A stretch of 64,000 bases of DNA, taken from the NCBI RefSeq assembly GCF_021869535.1, contig NW_026262582.1, forward strand, positions 73,222,001 through 73,286,000, given 5' to 3'. This DNA comes from Mytilus californianus (Eukaryota). Positions 1 through 12,660 of this stretch are shown in pieces. Made by a program: the position numbers and the translations under genes. The stretch's first letter is position 1, and each line of letters begins with the position of its first letter. The notes under the pieces are model-generated. The model was not told the origin of the DNA. It searched no databases and saw only the letters and a program-made list of their open reading frames with translations.

Positions 1-1034
1 AAACTATGTGCTCTCTTTTATACGCTGTTCCAAGAAAGTGTCGTCCTATTGGTAGATGTGATACTATGTATGTTTTGTTAAAAGAGAGGCAAAGGATACC
101 AAAGGAAAATTCAAACTCATAAGTCGAAAATAAACTGACAACGCCTGGTTAGAAAACAAAAAGACAAACAAACAAACAACAGTACACGAAACAACATATA
201 AAACCAAAGACTGGGCAACATGAACCCCATTTCAACTGGAGGTGATCTCATGTGCCTTGTTACGTGCGTTAAGTTCGCCTTTACGTCCCCTCTTGTTCTA
301 ATAGCACATAACGTTTCTACATGTTTATACATCAAAGGCTTTCACAATGTTTTGGCATAAGCGTTTCTGGTGAAGGTAAACCTATAAAAACTGTTCCGAC
401 GGACGAGATTTGTTTTCATCTACGACAAATAGAGAAGAAAGGCAAGCGGGGATGTTTGTGCGCAAATAAAATTGATCTGTGCAAATTAAATTGATCTAAC
501 TCATTGTCATTTCCTGTCTGTACCAAGTCATCCCCTACAGAACATATGTTGATAATGTCAATAGTTTTGGTTTCTGTGGTTAGTGTGTTGTGCTGTATTG
601 ATATACTGTTCATGATCTGCTGAAACACCATAGCTCAACCTCAGTTTTTGGTGGAGTTCGTATTGCTCAGTCTTTAGTTTACTATGTTGTGTTTCTGTAC
701 CGTTGTTTGTCCTTTTTTTGTCATTGCGTTGTGATTTTCATATCCACGAATGAGTTTGAATGTCTTTTGTTATCTATCGCCTCTCTTTTTCATGAATAAT
801 CATACATAGCGAATATGTAAAGGACATATTTTATACAATATCAGACAAATAAGAGTTCTCTAATTTTTCAACGTTACGATCTTTCATCTCAAATCATGGC
901 AGTTCATAGTGAAATTGTATTTATACATAATTTGATTAAATTATAATTATCATTGTTTAAAAGTCTACTACTAGCAGTAGTTAATTCCAATATAAACCAT
1001 TTATTTGGCAAATAACTATCTATACGCATAGTTT

Positions 1035-1099
1035 GTAGTTCATACTTCCATCGCGGTATCAAAGTTCGCCAGGTATGAGCCTCGCTGTAAGAATTTTGC
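1035..1099 (-). pseudogene. C-type lectin exon-3 relic (solo, degenerate)
   Basis: Minus strand tttcag|GCA AAA TTC TTA CAG CGA GGC TCA TAC CTG GCG AAC TTT GAT ACC = AKFLQRGSYLANFDT, matching exon 3 (AKCLRRGAYLANFET). Conserved Cys changed to Phe, internal deletion, then stop. Upstream 1100-1335 is homologous to intron 2 of the pseudogene at 19274-19630. Confidence 0.8.
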
Positions 1100-1365
1100 C
1101 TGAAAGCATATCATTCTTTGATTGTGTATGAATATATATGTCTTATTCCAGAAAAGGTCAATTGAAATAAAGATTAAATTGTTTGCACAACGGGTAGTCT
1201 CAGAAAGGAAATACAACTTAACACGTACTATACAATTTTCAAACGAATTTACCACGTGTACTTCATGTAAATATATTAAAATACTTGGATAAACTTCTAA
1301 AGTGAATTTTAAGCTTCGCTGTCTAATAAGCTTAAAAAAACAGTGTGATGGTTTTTTTTTAAGAT

Positions 1366-1401
1366 TGTCACTGATCAGTCATTTAGAGACAAAACGCGCG
1401 C
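1366..1401 (+). ncRNA. Degenerate hammerhead-ribozyme motif (family 1, probably inactive)
   Basis: tgtca CTGATCA GTC atttaga GAC AAAA cgcgcg: G8 changed to C and GAAA changed to AAAA relative to the intact copy at 27114. Confidence 0.55.
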
Positions 1402-2439
1402 AAAAGGATAAACCTGATATCTTGGATGGGGTAGTTTTAAAACCGAACGTTTAAGTACTGAAACACAAGGAGAGACGGAGTATACCTTAGTGATATTTTT
1501 CTCTTGTGGTCAACACTATTTTTATTTTAAATTAAAAATTCCGTGAATCACTCATCTCGTCTTTTGCATATACCATGAGTGACGTCATATGTCCATTTCC
1601 GGTGTCAAACTTTAATATCAGACATTTTAAAACTTTTTGTACTCTTCAGAATGTAATAAAATTTGACAAAAAGAAGATTTGCAGGTGAAAAGTGTGAATG
1701 TTTTGTATATTATTGAAGAAATCACATTTGGCCGTTGCATGGACGAAATGTACATCGTCTTAACCTTTGAAAGGCATTAATGACCTAACGAATAGCCAAT
1801 GTAAATGTCGTAAAATCGTCTCATGATGCTGGATAAGCCAATCAAATTAAATCAGTTTTCGTATCACTTTTTCGTATCACACTCCGTACAGTGTGATACG
1901 AGAAATATATCTTCAGGCAAGAAATAGATAACAGACCAAAACCATGAGAGAATATAATATTATGATTATATCACTACAACATAGGATGTTAAACATCAAC
2001 TTTTAACATCAAAATCAGCGAAATATCCTATTAATATAATACCCGAACTAATAAATTAAAACGTTTGAACTTTAGCTAAGAACGTTTGAACGTTTGCTAA
2101 GAATGTTTTATTATTTCTAAGAATAAGTGTTACTTTTATAAAGGCGTTTCCCTCCTTAAACAAAATAGCTGTCATGCGATAGATTTAGACATTTTCCCTG
2201 GCGTTTATTTAAGAACATTAACATGATTAATACCCTGGAGATAATATTTATTCAAACATTGACACGCACAGCTATTTCTTGGATAGAGCATCGTTTGATG
2301 ATATTGCAGCGGCTGATGACCTTTTGCCTTATTTTTTACCGGCATATAAAACTTTCACAAAATATCTCATTGAAATTATATGATGAAAAAGTAATCATAC
2401 CAACATATAACACTTCCATTGAATATATCAGCACGTCTG

Positions 2440-2635
2440 TGTTGATATGAATTATGATTGATATTGTCATAGATATGAATTAACTGTTAAAACTTTTTGA
2501 ATTGTTGGAAATGCTAAGGATGTTTACCCCCTAGGTAACCTTAGCTGAATTTGGCAAACCCTTTCGATATTTTGCCTTTATACCTTTTTTATTCGAGCGT
2601 CTTTGATTATTTTTTTAGGCGAAACTCCCGTCTAG
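2440..2635 (+). repeat. Relic monomer of the hammerhead-bearing dispersed repeat (family 1)
   Basis: Similar to 26960-27180 and 24210-24410 (ctaaggat...taccttagctgaatttggcaaa...ttcgagcgtc...ggcgaaac..cgtctag); ribozyme core eroded. Confidence 0.5.
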
Positions 2636-2894
2636 TAAAAGCATTGACCAAAATGCAAAAGCATATTCATGCCATATTTAAATGCACAACCTGGATGTTC
2701 AACAGTCATACATCTATCCACAAGTTCTGATAGTTGGTCATGAAATGCATTGAGGATACTACATTTTATAAAGTGATAAATCAGAAGTTTTAAGTTCAGA
2801 GTAAATGATAGAGACAAACCAAAATCAAACAGACTACAGAACGGACTAACAAAATAAAAACCAAAATAAAAGCAATTTGAACAAGATGTATAGC

Positions 2895-2941
2895 TCTTTC
2901 GTATTATTATCAATAATAACATTATTTTTATTATTATTACT

Positions 2942-2972
<31 letters not shown>

Positions 2973-3057
2973 TTATTATTATTATTATAAGTATTAGTAT
3001 TATTACCATTGAGTTGTTGCTGTTATTGTTGTTTTCTGTTGTTGTTGTTGTTGTCAT
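2895..3057. repeat. (ATT)n/(GTT)n microsatellite
   Basis: Direct runs of tattattat and gttgttgtt; explains spurious ORF 2632-3057. Confidence 0.95.
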
Positions 3058-3756
3058 GTCAGAATTCGTTTACTAATATCTGGTGAAAAAATTTTGTGGG
3101 TAGTGTTGTATTATTAACTAATGTGCATTATTTCCTTCTATTTGTGGTTACAAAAAAATTCAATTAGTCAATTAAAAATGTGCTTTTTGTTTCTTTAAAA
3201 TAGGTCCAATTAAATGAATGAATTATGTGGTCCTGAATTTGAAGATACTATATGTTTCGCTAACTTCAGGCTAACACTTTGACTTCGATCAATGATTAAT
3301 TTTCATTAATATGCCTGCAATTATAATATTGCCTTTATCTTGTTTGCAATACATTTAAATAAACAGAGGGTTCCCTGATTTAAAAGAATGGATTCTTGAC
3401 CTTTGCTTTTCAATCTGAATGAAAATTGTGAACTTAGAAAGCAACAGCTGTGTAAAAACACAAAACAAGACTTAAATGATTGACCTTTATTCAAGAAATT
3501 CGTAAGCTATATCTTTGCTTAATAACATATGTATATATGTATACCAATCTAAATTAGCCTGAACGCTTTTAATTGAGTGGGCTACTCTTTATCTTTCGAC
3601 AATTAAGCATATTGACTCTGATTTTGTATCAGATATTTGTAATGAAACATATGTGTTTGTTTAACAGATGTTGCCTTATATGGACGATCATGCAAAGATT
3701 CGTTTTGGATCGAGTTCAAGTACTGTAAATCTGTTACAGCGAAATTCAATATTGTA

Positions 3757-3764
3757 TATATAAA
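3757..3764 (+). promoter_or_regulatory. TATA box of C-type lectin copy A
   Basis: TATATAAA 58 nt upstream of ATG 3815; similar spacing (55-58 nt) in the paralogs at 48538, 59448 and 20395 (minus). Confidence 0.65.
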
Positions 3765-3814
3765 CCTCTGTCTGTCATTGTCTATCTTCATTTTGGAAAT
3801 AACCCACTTTCAGT

Positions 3815-5861
3815 ATGAAAGTGAAAACGTATTATGTGTTGGTGATTTATGGACTTATATTGGTTCATTGCCATGATGGTATGTATCCAGTTTTTAAGTG
3901 AAACTCATTAAAATAAAGTGTTTTTTCTGTAGATATAATTATAATTTTAGTACATGGCTTTCAATTCATTCTTAGATTTAAAATAATAAAAATATTAGTA
4001 GTATCGACATTTTCGGTCCTAATCTGTAACGTCCTAGGTTGTTTCATTTTGTGGGCTGAAAGATTTAAATATGAGGTTAAACAATATGCGTTCGCAGTAA
4101 GATTCAATTTTTAGCATATTTGCAAACCCCAAAAAGCTCTTTGTGGTAAAAATCATTATTTTAGACAATATAGTTAATAACAAAAAATTTGAAATTGGAA
4201 AAAAAAATTGAATGATCGTGCAGGCCAAGGCTTTGGGTAAGCTCTCTTACTCGATGGGTGCCACATGTAGAGCAGGATCGGCTTATCCTTCCGGAGCATC
4301 TGCGATCACTTCCAGTTTTCGGTGGAGTTCGTGATGCTCAGTATCTTGTTTTCTATGTTGTAATTTGCGACTGTTTATTTTTTGTATTTCTTTTTTAGCC
4401 ATGGTGTGGTAGTTTTTTTTCGACTTGTGAGGTTTAAATGTCCCAATTGCATCTTTTGCCCCTCTCTACCATAAAATCACCATAAATACCAGGCTTCAAT
4501 TTGTTTACCAGATCATTGTTTCGTGTAGATAATACTCACCAGTTACTCTCGAATTACGAAAGTGAAAAGGCCAATGAATCACGAAGTTGACGAGCTATGA
4601 CAATATTCCATTTACCTTATTGGCATATAACTTGTATTAACAGATGAATGCAGTCATCCATACCGACGAGTTGGTGAAGGATGTTATCTAATACACAAAG
4701 ATACTGTATCAGGTGATGCTGCTTTTGTAAGTTTTGCTTTCTTTTGTAATATAAGGTCTGGCAAAAGATAATAGCAAGGGTGGACAAAGGCTGGTGGAAC
4801 TCCTCTGTCTAGAGGAGACGAGCCTCGGTATAACGGGCACACCATATTTAGACCAGCTTCAATAAACAGGAGACACTTTCGGTCATCTCACATAAATTTT
4901 CACTAAGTCCTCACTCTATATTATCTAGATGAATAAATATGACAGATGAAAAAAGATAGATTTGCAAAGAGGTTATGTGTTTTTCGTGTTCAAACTGACA
5001 ATTATCTTCCAATCTTCGGTAATCAAACTCAGTTGTGAAACAGATGTTATATAGTGTTTTCCTATCAAACAGAGTATTTTTACATACCTACAAGTGAAAA
5101 AAAATACTTGTAGATAATACTAATTTGCTTTTCTAAATATCGTTTTTTCTATTTATTTAAAGTTTTTGAAGAATTTAAAAGTAAGCTCCAGAATATAGCC
5201 TAAAGCCAATGTGTGCAATTTATATATATAAAATGCTTTCAGAATATAGTATATATCAATAAGTGCATTTATACTATTTCATATTTTCAGGCAAAGTGCT
5301 TACTACTTGGGGCATCGTTAGCAAACTTTGAAACCCTAAATGAAGCAATGTTGATGAAGCACGAACTTGTAAAACTGAATACAGGTAAGCTTGTTATGAT
5401 CATAATGTCACTTGAATAATCTGATAAAAAAAGAAGTTCCCTTGTATGATATTTTTTTACATCCCAAATGACAATTGTAATTTCAGATAACTCAGGGGTC
5501 AGAACATGTGAATTGACATCATTGATATATAAAAATAGAAGGTGTGATATGATTACCAATGAAACAACTCTCATTGAAATATTCATTTTCTGTAATTTTT
5601 TCTTTTTGTTCTAAAGGCGTGCACTATTTCATCGGAGGACGTAACATCAATAGATATAAGCCTGGTGGAGATTGGAGATGGATCCGGAAGAACGGAGATA
5701 TGGTGAAAATGACATACTTTGCATTTGATAGCGCAGAACCAGATGGAACAGTTAGTCGTTCAGAAGATTGTATATTCTTCTATGCTTTCAGGAAATACAA
5801 GTTTCACTCTGTCTGGTGCGAAAACGGAAGTTTACTAGGAGGATATATTTGCCAGAAATAA
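3815..5861 (+). CDS. Secreted single-domain C-type lectin (perlucin-like), copy A, EPD motif; exons 3815-3878, 4644-4726, 5291-5384, 5617-5861 (161 aa)
   Basis: GT-AG introns, phases 1/0/1, open frame: MKVKTYYVLVIYGLILVHCHD|DECSHPYRRVGEGCYLIHKDTVSGDAAF|AKCLLLGASLANFETLNEAMLMKHELVKLNT|GVHYFIGGRNINRYKPGGDWRWIRKNGDMVKMTYFAFDSAEPDGTVSRSEDCIFFYAFRKYKFHSVWCENGSLLGGYICQK*. Signal peptide, six long-form CTLD cysteines, WIGL-like YFIGG. Confidence 0.92.
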
Positions 5862-5889
5862 AAGGAGGATATATTTGCCAGAAATAAAT
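5838..5889 (+). repeat. 26-bp direct tandem duplication of the terminal codons/stop of lectin A
   Basis: ggaggatatatttgccagaaataaa(a) occurs at 5838 and again at 5864. Confidence 0.95.
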
Positions 5890-6639
5890 AAAGTCTGTCT
5901 GTTAGAAATAAAGCATACACAAAAGTGTAATATGTCATTGCAAATCCTTTAGGGTTTGGTTGTCTGTTGTTTGTTTTGAGAAAAAGAGCCATATTTTGTA
6001 TTTTTATGCATCGAAGTCATATTTCCAGACTTATCGATGACTTAAATGAATGTTGGTATCATTAATGTAATTCAGTATCCTAAATGGCACAGTAACTGAC
6101 AGTGTTTTTCCTATACTGAATAACCAATGTTGGTCTAAAGTGGTCATTTTCATCTGAAAAGCTCTTTAAAGACTGAACAATAATATATTACGTCATGTTT
6201 AGTTTGTCAGTTAGTTTTCAGACTTATCCACTGCGGTAAATTAAGTATTGTTCGGACATTACGATTGCAGTCAATTTAGATCTGTTAAATTTATTTTCAG
6301 CCATTGAAGTAGTTGATATTTACCTGCACAGATCGACATTAAACTGATTAATCTGAAATGCTAATGTATAGTACTGAATATTTTACCCAATTTATTCCCT
6401 ACAGCATTAATCAGTCTTTTATTTGAGGAAGTATTTTTTATTTTCCCATACATGATTGAACACCGTTTATGAAAAATTATTTTTCCATTTTGCAGCAAAA
6501 CCAAATTTAAAGTTCATTCATATTGAGCATTGAAAGCGTAACTTTTCCATTCATCTAATGGCACAAACAAACTTGTACGGAAGCCCGTAAATCATTAAGA
6601 CACTACAAACTGCTCAGAGTCTGAAAAGACCATATTTTG

Positions 6640-6910
6640 TGCTCGACCAGTAAGGTCGATCAAGGATTTTACTTGACGAGACTCGACATAATCTCGACAG
6701 TACTTCACTGTACTCGAATTTGGGTTCGACTTTACTTAATATGTCTGATTGAGTTCTTGATAATCTTGGTATAGTCTGAATATGATCTCGACAAATGCTC
6801 GACCAGTCTCGACTCAATATTGACCAGTCTTGACCTATCTCGACCAGTACCGACCAGTCTCGACCTGTCTCAACTCAGTCTTGCCCTTAAAATGTGGTCT
6901 CGACTGGTCT
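6640..6910. repeat. Degenerate TCTCGACCAG-type short-unit repeat (possible subterminal repeats of a DNA transposon)
   Basis: More than 10 imperfect ctcgac/ctcgaccagt units in both orientations; CACTACAAA at about 6601 could be a CACTA-like end, but no matching other end was seen. Confidence 0.6.
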
Positions 6911-6924
6911 GAATCAGCCCATCT

Positions 6925-7520
6925 AACTTGATTATATATTGATTTTACAAAATTGCAGGTTATTTGGTAGTTTGGTTCATTGCTTTCAAATCAAATGATT
7001 TAATTGATAGGTTAAAAAAAGCTAAATGTTTTTGTTCTGATTAAATTCAGATATTCACCTTTAATTATTTCTTTAACTTTTTCAAATCAACTTGTATTTT
7101 CATAAAACTTTACAGCTATCTCAATTATATATTGATCTTACAAAATGCCAGGTTGTTTGGTTGTTTGGTTTATTGCTGTCAAATGTAAGTATTTAATTGA
7201 TAGGTAAAAAAAAGCTAGAACTTTCAGTTCGGACTTAATTCTGATAGTCACCTTTAAATTTTTTCATAACTTTTCTAAATCAACTTGGATTTTCATAAAA
7301 CTATACAGCTATCTCAATTTTATATTGATCTTACAGAATGCCAGGTTGTTTGGTATTTTGGTGTATTGCTGTCAAATTTAAGGATTTAATTAATAGGTAA
7401 AAAAGCTAGAATTTTCAGTTTGGACTAAATTCAGATAGTCACGTGCCTGTAAAATAAAATCAACTTGGATTTTCATGAAACTATACAGCTATCTCAATTA
7501 TATATTGATCTTACAGAATT
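6925..7520. repeat. ~190-bp tandem repeat, about 3.1 copies
   Basis: tatattgat(c/t)ttaca recurs at about 6934, 7128, 7321 and 7501; units share aaatcaacttggattttcataaaactatacagctatctcaatt. Confidence 0.9.
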
Positions 7521-7574
7521 TATTCAATTTGTTAGTTTCTCCACATTTTTTCTCCATCCAAGTTACAATTTATA

Positions 7575-7765
7575 AAAGTAAACCATTATAGGTCAAGGTA
7601 CGGCCTTCAACACGGAGCATTGGCTCACACCGAACAGCAAGCTATAAAGGGCCCCAAAAATTACTAGCGTAAAACCATTCAAACGGAAAAATCAACGGTC
7701 TAATCTATATAAAAACGAGAAACGAGAAACACGTATGAACTACATCAACAAACGACAACTACTGT
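7575..7765 (+). mobile_element. Abundant SINE-like dispersed repeat (tataggtca..cgtacggccttcaac family)
   Basis: Same motif block at 11725-12110 (rc), 14411-14835 (rc), 47220-47400, 50135-50370 and 61463-61790. Confidence 0.7.
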
Positions 7766-8364
7766 AATCTGTAAGACTACCAATTGTGTCCTATTCCTGC
7801 TTGTGACATTTAGTCTGATTGTAAATTAACATGGCGGGTGGTGCATCAATAGCAGGATACGCATATACTGTTGACGCATTCGGTCTCGCTTCTTTTGGGG
7901 TTCATGCAAATGATGCAGGTTTTTTTCTTCCAGTCGTTGGTTTGGTCCATTTTACAGTGCAATCGTTAATGGTTTGCCTTTCATCCTTTAGTCAGCATGT
8001 CTGTGTTGACATGAATAATCTACTGAAATGGTCATAATTATAAATAAACTTTGAATATATCGAAAAAATAAGGATTGGTAACCTTACGTAAATTTAAAGA
8101 AATTATGTGTAATCTATAAAAATTAAAGAAAAATTAAAGCTAATTCCGTGTGCTTGCGTCCATGTTAAAAGCCTTTAAACAATCAGAACTGTTTGCAGAG
8201 ACACTTTTAAATTAACTGAATATGTTTAATGAAACGTATGATAATAACTGTTATATTGATTTGCTTTATTATAAAAAAAAGCAATAATTACAAATTATAT
8301 GTCTTTTTTTTTAAAAACAAGTTCTCAACTACGGTCATGATGGGGAGAAAAATAATATTTGCTT

Positions 8365-8751
8365 GTCATCAAGTTTTTAATCATAATTATCATCAATAAA
8401 AAGCTTATCTTCATCATTATCCTCATAATCATCATCCGCATCATAATCAATCTCATCATCATCATNNNNNNNNNNNNNNNNNNNNNNNNNNNNNNNNNNN
8501 NNNNNNNNNNNNNNNNNNNNNNNNNNNNNNNNNNNNNNNNNNNNNNNNNNNNNNNNNNNNNNNNNNNNNNNNNNNNNNNNNNNNNNNNNNNNNNNNNNNN
8601 NNNNNNNNNNNNNNNNNNNNNNNNNNNNNNNNNNNNNNNNNNNNNNNNNNNNNNNNNNNNNNNNNNNNNNNNNNNNNNNNNNNNNNNNNNNNNNNNNNNN
8701 NNNNNNNNNNNNNNNNNNNNNNNNNNNNNNNNNNNNNNNNNNNNNNNNNNN
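8365..8751. repeat. (ATC/ATT)n microsatellite running into an assembly gap (N 8466-8751, 286 nt)
   Basis: atcatc repeats at 8365-8465 followed by an N run; both flanks are homologous to the flanks of the 27615-28375 microsatellite. Confidence 0.95.
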
Positions 8752-9702
8752 TATGAAAATGTAAACGAGTAACTGACAGTTAGATTTCAAAACATATTTA
8801 AGTTAACCTTTAAAAGTGCAATGAAGCAGGAGGAAATTAAACATACACTGCATGTTATACCTGCTTGTTTCAGTTGTAATCATCGTATTGATTGTATTCA
8901 ATTATATTTCTTTCTTTTTTTATTTCCTTGATAATGCTTACATGAAAGTGTTCAAAATGGTGGAAGTCTCTCTGCCAAGTATGTATTGATAACATCAGAC
9001 TTTTAGTTGAATATTATGGAATATCTTTTGGCGTGGCTCGGTATTTATACATCTCGCCATTGTGCTATTGTGGTATAGTCGTTTTTTGTCATTCTTTTTT
9101 GCTTATGTGCTTTGTCTATAAAGTATCTACATGTCATTTTTGTTTTTTTCTTTGTTGACTAAGTTGTTTGTTTTTATAGTGAATAATATTAAAACACAAT
9201 GTTGTGTCCCAATTTTTGACACGTTTACCTATTTTGTCTTTTTGTTCTGATCACACATATAATGGCATTTTATGAGACTGTCTTACAAGTGAGAGGTTAT
9301 CTAGATATACAACCAGGTTTTTATCCACCATTTTCTACTTAAGGGAATACCAGTACAAAGTCAGGAATTTGACAGGTGTTTTCCATTCGTTTGATGTGTT
9401 TGAACATTTGATTTTGCCCTTTGTTAAGGGACTTTCCGTTTTCAATTTTCCTTGGATTTCGGTATTTTTGTTATTTTACTTTTTACAGATTTCCAAAAGT
9501 ATGTTCAACAAATCCGTCTTCTTCTCCTGGATTGTATCATAACCGTAGTTATTTTTACTTTCAAATATCAACATTATAGTGCCATTAGTTCACATCCGGG
9601 TTTTAAAGGATTTTGTGTTTTGTTCAATGTTTAGTTTTCTGTCTATTGTTTTGTTTTTATTCTTTTAGACGTTATTCTGTTCAAAATCTTTCATGTTTTC
9701 GT

Positions 9703-9787
9703 GCATAATATTAACATCGTCGTGCATGCATCGCGAACCTTGATGAAGCAATGTTGATGAAGGACGAAATCTGAAAAATGAACACAG
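9703..9787 (+). pseudogene. C-type lectin exon-3 relic (solo)
   Basis: GAA GCA ATG TTG ATG AAG GAC GAA ATC TGA AAA ATG AAC ACA G|GTAATG; acceptor AG lost (ttttcgt), internal deletion, in-frame TGA at 9772. Confidence 0.85.
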
Positions 9788-10494
9788 GTAATGTATTTAA
9801 AGCACATGGTGTTAACTATCATTGTAATAAATAAAATAACACTCAAGAAACGTTTTTTAGTAAATGAATCTTTGCTTGTTATTTTAATCTAAACATTGAC
9901 TTTGAGATGCAGAACATTATTAAAAGTTATGTATGTAAGTTATTTCTCACCTTAAAATAGTTTTTTCCAGGTAAAATGTTGTTGTCCGTAGTGTTGGTCT
10001 TCAGTAGCGCTCAAGCACATAGTTAAACTTAAATCTTACATGTATTATACAAAAATATGATCTGTTCCCGTTGCTTTGAATGAATATTTTTACAATTTGC
10101 CCATGCATGATTGTTTTCTTAATTGCAACATCCAGAGGAATGCAAAATAACGCACTTGTGTTTTATACAAGTAGTTAATATGGTCGTAGGGAAAGAATAA
10201 CTGTAGAAAAGTTGCAAATAGTCCTCATTTATAATAATTATAAACACATTTTAATAATATACACAATGCAAAAAATATCTGAAAGTCTAAGGTAAACTAA
10301 GTCCTTGTTCATTATTGGTAATTACAATAAATGACAATAAAATGAGAATGGAAACGAGGAGTGTGTCAGAGAGACAACAACTCGACTTAAGAGCAGAAAA
10401 CAGCTAATGCCACCAATGTTTGTTTGTTTGTCGAAAGAATTTGTATATGTCTATTTTAAAGAGGAATAAATCATACTTTTCTGAAATAGACATT

Positions 10495-11040
10495 ATCAAT
10501 CAAGATGCTTGATTTCTTGATTGACAAACAATTTGTTTCGTTTGGAGCCTTGTTTTTCAAATTCAAATGGGAACCAACTGTGTTCCTCTGTCCATATAAG
10601 GTAGACTTCATACAAGAACTTTTAAGGAAGAATGAAAATAATATAGCATTGTCCTTGACCTGTACATTCCGCTATATAGATAATGTCTTCTCGTCGAATA
10701 ATTCAAAGTTTGGTGATATTCTAGAACTCATCTATATCCCATCACAATTGAAATAAAGGATGCAACTGATACTTTTAGGTCTGTCTCAAAGCTTGACTTA
10801 ATCTAGGAATTGACAATGAGGGTCAGTAGAGAACAATACATTATGACAAAAGAGATGATTTCAGCTCTCCGATTGCGAACTTTCCATTTCTATGTAGCAC
10901 CATTAAATTAGCGCCTACAAATTGAGTATATATCTCCCAGTTGATTTTATGTTCCAGAGCTTTTCTTATATGATTTCCTTGTTAGAAGGTTGCTGCTTAC
11001 AAAGAAGCTATTAAACGCAGAGTTCCGGTTGTTTTAATTT
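10495..11040 (+). mobile_element. Degenerate Penelope-like reverse-transcriptase fragment
   Basis: MLDFLID...FRYIDNV...DKRDDFS..ANFPFL motifs, frameshifted; homologous to 15712-16330 and 39935-40325. Confidence 0.8.
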
Positions 11041-11724
11041 TTACGGAATCAATGTTCAAATTTCATAAATCAATTAAGAACAAACAAATCAAGGTAACAA
11101 ACATAAACAGAATAAATCGATTGAACAATCGGAGACCAGATGAGTAGACAGGGTAATCGACTCCTGCTATTTATGCATCACTAATTCACACTCAGAATAT
11201 AACACCGAGAGAACCACTAACCTTTCGTGGGAAAATAGAGAATTCTAAAAAATTGATATCGGCGTCAAACACATAATGCCACGAGCTGTGTTTGAACTCA
11301 CAAGATCAGCTTTTACTGAATAGTGATCACTGTAGTGGAACTGTTTATGGTGCCCAAAATCTCAAGCTGTTTTATTTTGTTTCCTTTTGTTTCCACTGAA
11401 AATTACTAATGATAAAATAAAAGTACTAAAAGTTGAAAGTATTAAACAACTCTGTACTCGTACTGTGAACAACGAATTTATTTACTTTGAAAAAAATGTT
11501 TCCGTACTTCTAACAACAAAATTATTATATTTAATTTTACCTGTGTACGTTATTTTATTAAACGCCATTTTGTTCCAGGTTTGAGTTGTCTTTTTGACAT
11601 TGTTCTACAACTTTTTTTATTAATATTGTATTTATATTGTGTCATAGATCAAACGTATTCGTTCAGTGTATGTTAACTTGTTTGTGTTTATATTTCTTTT
11701 TGGTCGAGTTAGCCATTTGAATTG

Positions 11725-12110
11725 ATATTTCATTGTGTGTCTTTTTATATTGTAATGTTACACTACTATTTTAGGTTAGAGTGAAGGTTGGCGCCTGTTA
11801 AAACGTTTAAACCCGCCGCATTTGTATGTACCTATCTTAAGTCAGGAGCCTGTTGTTCAATGGTTATCGTTTGTTCATTTGGTTCATAAGTATTTCTCGA
11901 TTCTCGTTTTTCATATAGATTAGAACATTGGTTTTCCTGCTTGAATTGTTTTACACTAAACATTTTGGGGCCATTTATAGCTTGATGTTCGGTGTGAGTA
12001 AAGGCTCCGTGTTAAAGGCCGTTCTTTGACCTATAATGGTTTACTTTTTACACATTTTGACTTGGATGGAGTGTTGTCTCATTGGCACTCATATCACATC
12101 TTCTTATCTA
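11725..12110 (-). mobile_element. SINE-like dispersed repeat (reverse orientation)
   Basis: Reverse complement of the family at 7575/61463 (aagtcaggagcctgt..gtcgtttg..ttggggcc.tttatagct..gttaaaggccgt..gacctata..ttgtctcattggca.tcata.cacatcttctt). Confidence 0.75.
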
Positions 12111-12660
12111 TATTAATTTTAATTTCCAAGATAACGGTTTAGATTTTTTCTTTGATTTTGTATATTTTGCCAAGTCAAAACCTTAATATATGAGCAGTAT
12201 TTGATGATAAGTCAAATAAAAAAGTATTGAAACTGTTTACTCTGTGCATAGCTGTACACTTATTTAAACATTCATATATCATCAGGACCTCTTCAAACCA
12301 AATATTTAGAAAATTGATAAGAGGTAACAAAGCATCGAAGTAGCCCCCAGAAAAAGCATCTTGCCATGTTCTTTAATTTCATCTTATCCCTCAAATCTTA
12401 ATCAAGAAAGTTCCGACCGTGCAAGGTCGTTAAACGATCCCGTAGTAGTGATATTTCTTCGTTATTGATACAGATAGACGACTTGTAAAATATGGTCAAA
12501 AGCTAATGTTTTTAACTTTCCAATATCCATTTATTATTTCTCAACATGTTCATACCCTCTTCAATAAATGTAATTTATATCTTTATTTAACATTTTGATT
12601 ATTTCTAATTATGTTAACAACTATATAATTATGATTCCATCCAAGTCAAAATGAGTAAAT

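Noticed and set aside
1560-1860. CRE (TGACGTCA), ETS (TTCCGG) and CCAAT motifs as the promoter of a hidden gene
   Set aside because: No associated exon found; similar motif sets occur within dispersed repeats here (e.g. 25915-26190), so a regulatory role cannot be supported.
2632-3057. 141-aa ORF with poly-Thr/Ile
   Set aside because: Reads through the (ATT)n/(GTT)n microsatellite; the remainder has no recognisable motif.
8359-8790. 137-aa ORFs
   Set aside because: Artefacts of microsatellite plus N gap.
9772-9774. Conserved in-frame TGA as selenocysteine or readthrough (also 29690, 46272)
   Set aside because: All three copies also have broken splice sites, deletions or lost cysteines; the position is Leu in intact genes; no SECIS-like element noticed.
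9976-10026. Plus-strand MLLSVVLVFSSAQAHS* as a signal-peptide exon
   Set aside because: Ends in a stop with no donor; the paralog at about 34405 lacks an in-frame ATG.
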